Both the position numbers and the translations under genes were made by a program. DNA of 32,000 nt. It comes from Delftia acidovorans NBRC 14950. GTDB taxonomy: Bacteria; Pseudomonadota; Gammaproteobacteria; Burkholderiales; Burkholderiaceae_C. Shown piece by piece: positions 28,838 to 32,000 of the stretch; position 1 is the first letter of the stretch, and each line of letters begins with the position of its first letter. The stretch lies in NCBI RefSeq assembly GCF_001598795.1, contig NZ_BCZP01000003.1:300001-332000 (forward strand), given 5' to 3'. The notes beneath the pieces were generated by a model that saw only the letters and a list, made by a program, of their open reading frames with translations, made no database searches and had not been told where the DNA came from.

Positions 28838-29770
28838 CTAGCGGGCACGGGACATCAGGGCCACATGCCGCACGGCGTCGCGCAGCCAGCGCGTGGAGGC
28901 GCCCATGTGCGTGCGGGCGTGCCACAGCTGGTAGTACACCAGCGGCGCGAACTCCACCGGGCAGGGCAGGATCACCAGGGGCAGGCGCTGGCTGAAGCGC
29001 TCGCAGAACAGCCGCCCCGTGGTCAGCACCAGCAAGCTGGTGGCCACGATGTCGGGGATCAGGCTGAAATGCGCGCAGCGCGCCGCCACCTGGCGCTGCA
29101 GGCCCATGCGGGACAGCTGGTCGTCGATCACGCCGCGCGCGCCCGGATAGGTGGGCGTGGGCGCAATGTGCTCGGCCTCCAGCCACTGGGCCACGTCCCA
29201 GCCGCGGCGCACGGCCGGGTGCTGGGGGCTGACCAGGCAAACCACCTCGTCCTCGAACAGGCTGGCCATGTGCAGGCCCTGCGGCGGCTCGGGCCAGTTG
29301 CCGATCACCACGTCCACATCGCCCTGGGCCAGTTGCACCTCGTAGTGCGCGTCGCCGTTGAGGGCCAGGATGTCCACGGGGCAGCCGGGCGCCTCGGTCT
29401 TGAGATGGGCCACCAGGCGCGGCAGGAACAGCGGGTCCAGGTAGTCGCTGGCGGCGATGCGGAAGGTGCGCGTGGAGGTACGGGGATCGAAATGGCGCGC
29501 ATCGCTGAACAGGCCCTCGGCCGCGCGCAGGATGTCGGCGGCCGGCTGCACCATGCGCAGCCCGGCCTCGGTGGGCTGCATGTGCGCGCCCGAGCGCACC
29601 AGCAGCGAATCGCCGGCCAGGTCGCGCAGGCGCTTGAGCGCGGCGGACACCGCCGGCTGGTGCATGCCCAGGCGCAATGCGGCACGCGAGACGCTGCGCT
29701 CGGTCAGCACCGTGTGCAGCACCCGTATCAGGTGCAGATCAATCTTGTCGAACAGGGCCTGGTCGCGCAT
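28838..29770 (-). CDS. LysR-family transcriptional regulator
   Basis: The track start 29782 is TTG; the ATG at 29770 is preferred. wHTH IDLHLIRVLHTVLTERSVSRAALRLGMHQPAVSAALKRLR, plus a substrate-binding-domain-length C-terminus. Confidence 0.85.
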   Translation of the reverse strand: MRDQALFDKIDLHLIRVLHTVLTERSVSRAALRLGMHQPAVSAALKRLRDLAGDSLLVRSGAHMQPTEAGLRMVQPAADILRAAEGLFSDARHFDPRTSTRTFRIAASDYLDPLFLPRLVAHLKTEAPGCPVDILALNGDAHYEVQLAQGDVDVVIGNWPEPPQGLHMASLFEDEVVCLVSPQHPAVRRGWDVAQWLEAEHIAPTPTYPGARGVIDDQLSRMGLQRQVAARCAHFSLIPDIVATSLLVLTTGRLFCERFSQRLPLVILPCPVEFAPLVYYQLWHARTHMGASTRWLRDAVRHVALMSRAR

Positions 29771-29914
29771 GTAGCGAAGCAATCAGCGAAAAAAAGAGCG
29801 GTCGCGCCGGGGACGCGCCGCAGGTCATGGGGAGCCCGCAGCGTAACCCAGCCATGACCCCCGCCAGCTAGATACAAGCACCAAGAATGCCCTGGGCAGA
29901 GGCGGTTAAACACT

Positions 29915-29929
29915 TGTGCACGCAGCACA
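29915..29929. promoter_or_regulatory. dyad TGTGC-N5-GCACA in the LysR/lipoprotein divergent region
   Basis: Perfect 5-bp arms, 145 nt upstream of the LysR ATG and 118 nt upstream of the lipoprotein ATG. A second inverted repeat, GGTCATGG-N21-CCATGACC, is at 29823-29859. Confidence 0.35.
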
Positions 29930-30046
29930 TGCAATATGCGAGCCAGTCGCCGGCAAATCATTGTCCAAACCTATACAGACTTGAAGACTGTTAGCGTGAT
30001 TCAATGAAATCGCTTCAAAAGGAAGTGGATTGCAGGAGACAAGACG

Positions 30047-32000
30047 ATGAAACAGCCAACCCCTTTTTCGGGCATGGTGGCCGCAGCCACGCTCGCCAGT
30101 GTGCTGACCGCCTGCGGCGGCAGCGGTGACTCAGGCCTGGGTGTCATCGAGATACGCAGCCTGTCCAACCGGGCCGACATGATCAGCGACGGCAATGCCT
30201 ATATTGAAATTGTGCTGCCCAAGGGCAGCCCGCCCGGTGCGCTGAAGGTGGCGCTCAATGGCACGGATGTCACCGCCCGGTTCGCCCAGCGCGCCAATGG
30301 CCGGATTCTGGGCCGGGTCGAGGGATTGAAGGTGGGCGCCAACACCCTCACCGCCACGGCGGCCGGCAGCGCGAGGGCACGGCTGGACATCACCAACCAT
30401 GGCCGGGGCGATCCCATCTTCGCCGGGCCGCAGACCGCGCCGTGGATCTGCGCCACGCGCAATGGCGCGCAAGCCACCGTTTCCGTGCCCGGCACGGCAC
30501 TGTCGGCGACCGTGACCACGCGCGTCAGCGGTCTCGATACCGATCCGGTGGATGTCCAGTGCAATACCAGGACCCAGTACACCTACTACTACATGCCCAA
30601 GGCCAGGCAAGGCAGCGCCTGCACGATGGGTCCGGCAGGCGCCACGCCCTGCCATGTGGCCTACGACCCATCGCAGCGCCCGGCCGACAGCGAGATCGCC
30701 GACTTCACCAACGACCGCGGAGATACGGTCAAGCACCTGCTGCGCATGGAAACTGGCGTCATGGGCCGCGGCACCTTCCAGATCCTGGCCTACCATGACC
30801 CCGCGCAGGCCTGGACGCCCTGGGAGCCGCAAAAGGGATGGAACGGCAAGGTGCTGTGGCGATTCGGCGCAGCCGCTTCCGGCAATCGCTTCCAGGAGCC
30901 GGCGGTCAACCTCCTCGACCAGTTCAGCGGCAGCCTGCCGTTCGACCCCAACGCGCTCGCGGCAGGCCACATGGTCGTGAAAGCCATGCTGACCAACCAC
31001 CTGCACAACAACAATGAGTTGCTGGCCGCCGAGAACATGATGCGAATCAAGGAGCATCTGATCGAGAACTACGGCGAAGTGCGCTACACCATGGGCGACG
31101 GCGACTCGGGTGGCTCCATGATGCAGACAGTGATCGCCTCCGCCATGCCGGGTCTGCTGCAGGGCATACAGACGGGGCTGAGCTATCCCGATGCGGTGTC
31201 CACCTGGATGGAAACACGCGACTGCGGCCTGCTGTCCAGCTACTACAGGACCGCCGCAGGACAGGCACTGAGCGACACCGCGAAGGCCGCCATCAATGGC
31301 CATCCGGCCAGCTACTGCGACAAATGGGTAGGGAGCTTCATCGCCCCCCAGAACCCCCGGCTGCCCGACAACTGCGGCGTGGGCTTTCCCGCCTCCATCG
31401 TCTACGACCCGCGCACACGCGGCCAGGGCGTGCGCTGCTCGATCCACGACATGCTGGTCCCGGTGTTCGGGACGTTCAAGGACACCGACGGCCACACCAA
31501 GCCGCAGCTGCCTTATGACAACACGGGCCTGCAGTACGGACTCAAGGCACTGCAGTCGGGCGCCATCGACGCGGAGGCTTTCGTGCAGCTCAACGAAGGC
31601 ATCGGCAGCTACACCAACGACATGGACTGGACCGGCGGCACTGCGTCCCGGCCGGCAGCCCGCGAGCGGGCCGTGGCCAGCCTGCCGCCCAGGCTCTACA
31701 GCAGTGGCCTCACCAGCAACGGCAGGAACCTGTCCCAGGTGGCCATCATTGACCTGCGGCCCGAGGGCGGCAGCGACATCCACATGACCTGGCGCAGCCT
31801 GCAGCAACGCGCGCGGCTGGATGCCGCCAACGGCCACCATGACAACCATGTGATCCGTGCCAGCAAGGGTATGGTCCCGCTGCTGATCGCCCCGGCCATG
31901 CGACGCGAGGCCTTTGTCATGATGGACCGCTGGCTGACCGCCGTGGAGCGCGACACCACCGGCGCTGCGCTGGCACAGAAAGTGGTGCGCAACAGGCCTT
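30047..32000 (+). CDS. exported lipoprotein of unknown function, Cys-rich, with a GDSGG serine-hydrolase-like motif; 3'-partial (runs off the window)
   Basis: Not in the ORF track. I translated the frame by hand from ATG 30047 (AGGAGA at 30034-30039) and found 651 sense codons with no stop up to position 31999. Signal peptide MKQPTPFSGMVAAATLASVLTAC (lipobox LTAC). Third positions are G/C-rich. GDSGG is encoded at 31100-31114. Confidence 0.8.
   Translation, partial: MKQPTPFSGMVAAATLASVLTACGGSGDSGLGVIEIRSLSNRADMISDGNAYIEIVLPKGSPPGALKVALNGTDVTARFAQRANGRILGRVEGLKVGANTLTATAAGSARARLDITNHGRGDPIFAGPQTAPWICATRNGAQATVSVPGTALSATVTTRVSGLDTDPVDVQCNTRTQYTYYYMPKARQGSACTMGPAGATPCHVAYDPSQRPADSEIADFTNDRGDTVKHLLRMETGVMGRGTFQILAYHDPAQAWTPWEPQKGWNGKVLWRFGAAASGNRFQEPAVNLLDQFSGSLPFDPNALAAGHMVVKAMLTNHLHNNNELLAAENMMRIKEHLIENYGEVRYTMGDGDSGGSMMQTVIASAMPGLLQGIQTGLSYPDAVSTWMETRDCGLLSSYYRTAAGQALSDTAKAAINGHPASYCDKWVGSFIAPQNPRLPDNCGVGFPASIVYDPRTRGQGVRCSIHDMLVPVFGTFKDTDGHTKPQLPYDNTGLQYGLKALQSGAIDAEAFVQLNEGIGSYTNDMDWTGGTASRPAARERAVASLPPRLYSSGLTSNGRNLSQVAIIDLRPEGGSDIHMTWRSLQQRARLDAANGHHDNHVIRASKGMVPLLIAPAMRREAFVMMDRWLTAVERDTTGAALAQKVVRNRP

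Noticed and set aside
30131-31849. 572-aa minus-strand ORF, the only long ORF the track lists in this region
   Set aside because: It is antisense to a plus-strand frame that stays open for 651 codons and has an RBS, a lipoprotein signal peptide and G/C-rich third positions. The minus-strand product is Gly/Ala/Arg/His-rich with no recognisable motif. This is a typical high-GC shadow ORF.

Overview
High-GC chromosomal window. Protein signatures look Burkholderiales/Comamonadaceae-like, but this is motif recall only; no search was run. I support 27 protein-coding genes, 26 complete and 1 running off the 3' edge. I saw no rRNA, tRNA, CRISPR array, transposase, integrase or phage genes and no recognisable defence system. 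From 1 to about 17 kb the content is housekeeping or ordinary metabolism: an Ada-like AraC/MGMT fusion, kynA plus an MFS transporter, an FAD monooxygenase, an H-NS-like gene in an A/T-richer pocket, a CorC/HlyC CBS transporter, apaH, rhlE, ypfJ, an OCD/mu-crystallin gene followed by a Cache-HAMP-GGDEF cyclase, nadA-nadB and dcd. From about 17.1 to 28.7 kb lies a purine uptake and deamination locus: guanine deaminase, three BMP-family substrate-binding paralogs, one ATPase plus two permeases, a type-2 adenine deaminase, and a Rieske non-heme-iron oxygenase translationally coupled to that deaminase. This Rieske-deaminase pair is my best candidate for undescribed biochemistry. A LysR regulator follows. 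Divergent from it is a more than 651-codon lipoprotein ORF (30047 to the window end) that the ORF track omits because it has no stop in the window; the track shows only its antisense shadow. Most other long track ORFs are antisense shadows or in-frame N-terminal extensions, as expected at high GC. Non-coding points of note are an approximately 70-nt triple-hairpin intergenic repeat present twice in opposite orientation, a 12-bp perfect palindrome built from the last three codons and stop of two convergent genes, a cluster of three hairpins (one with a 15-bp perfect stem) between an SBP gene and the Rieske gene, and a palindrome over the putative nadA -10. All family calls rest on motifs read from the translations. 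I cannot claim that the window definitely contains a novel system.
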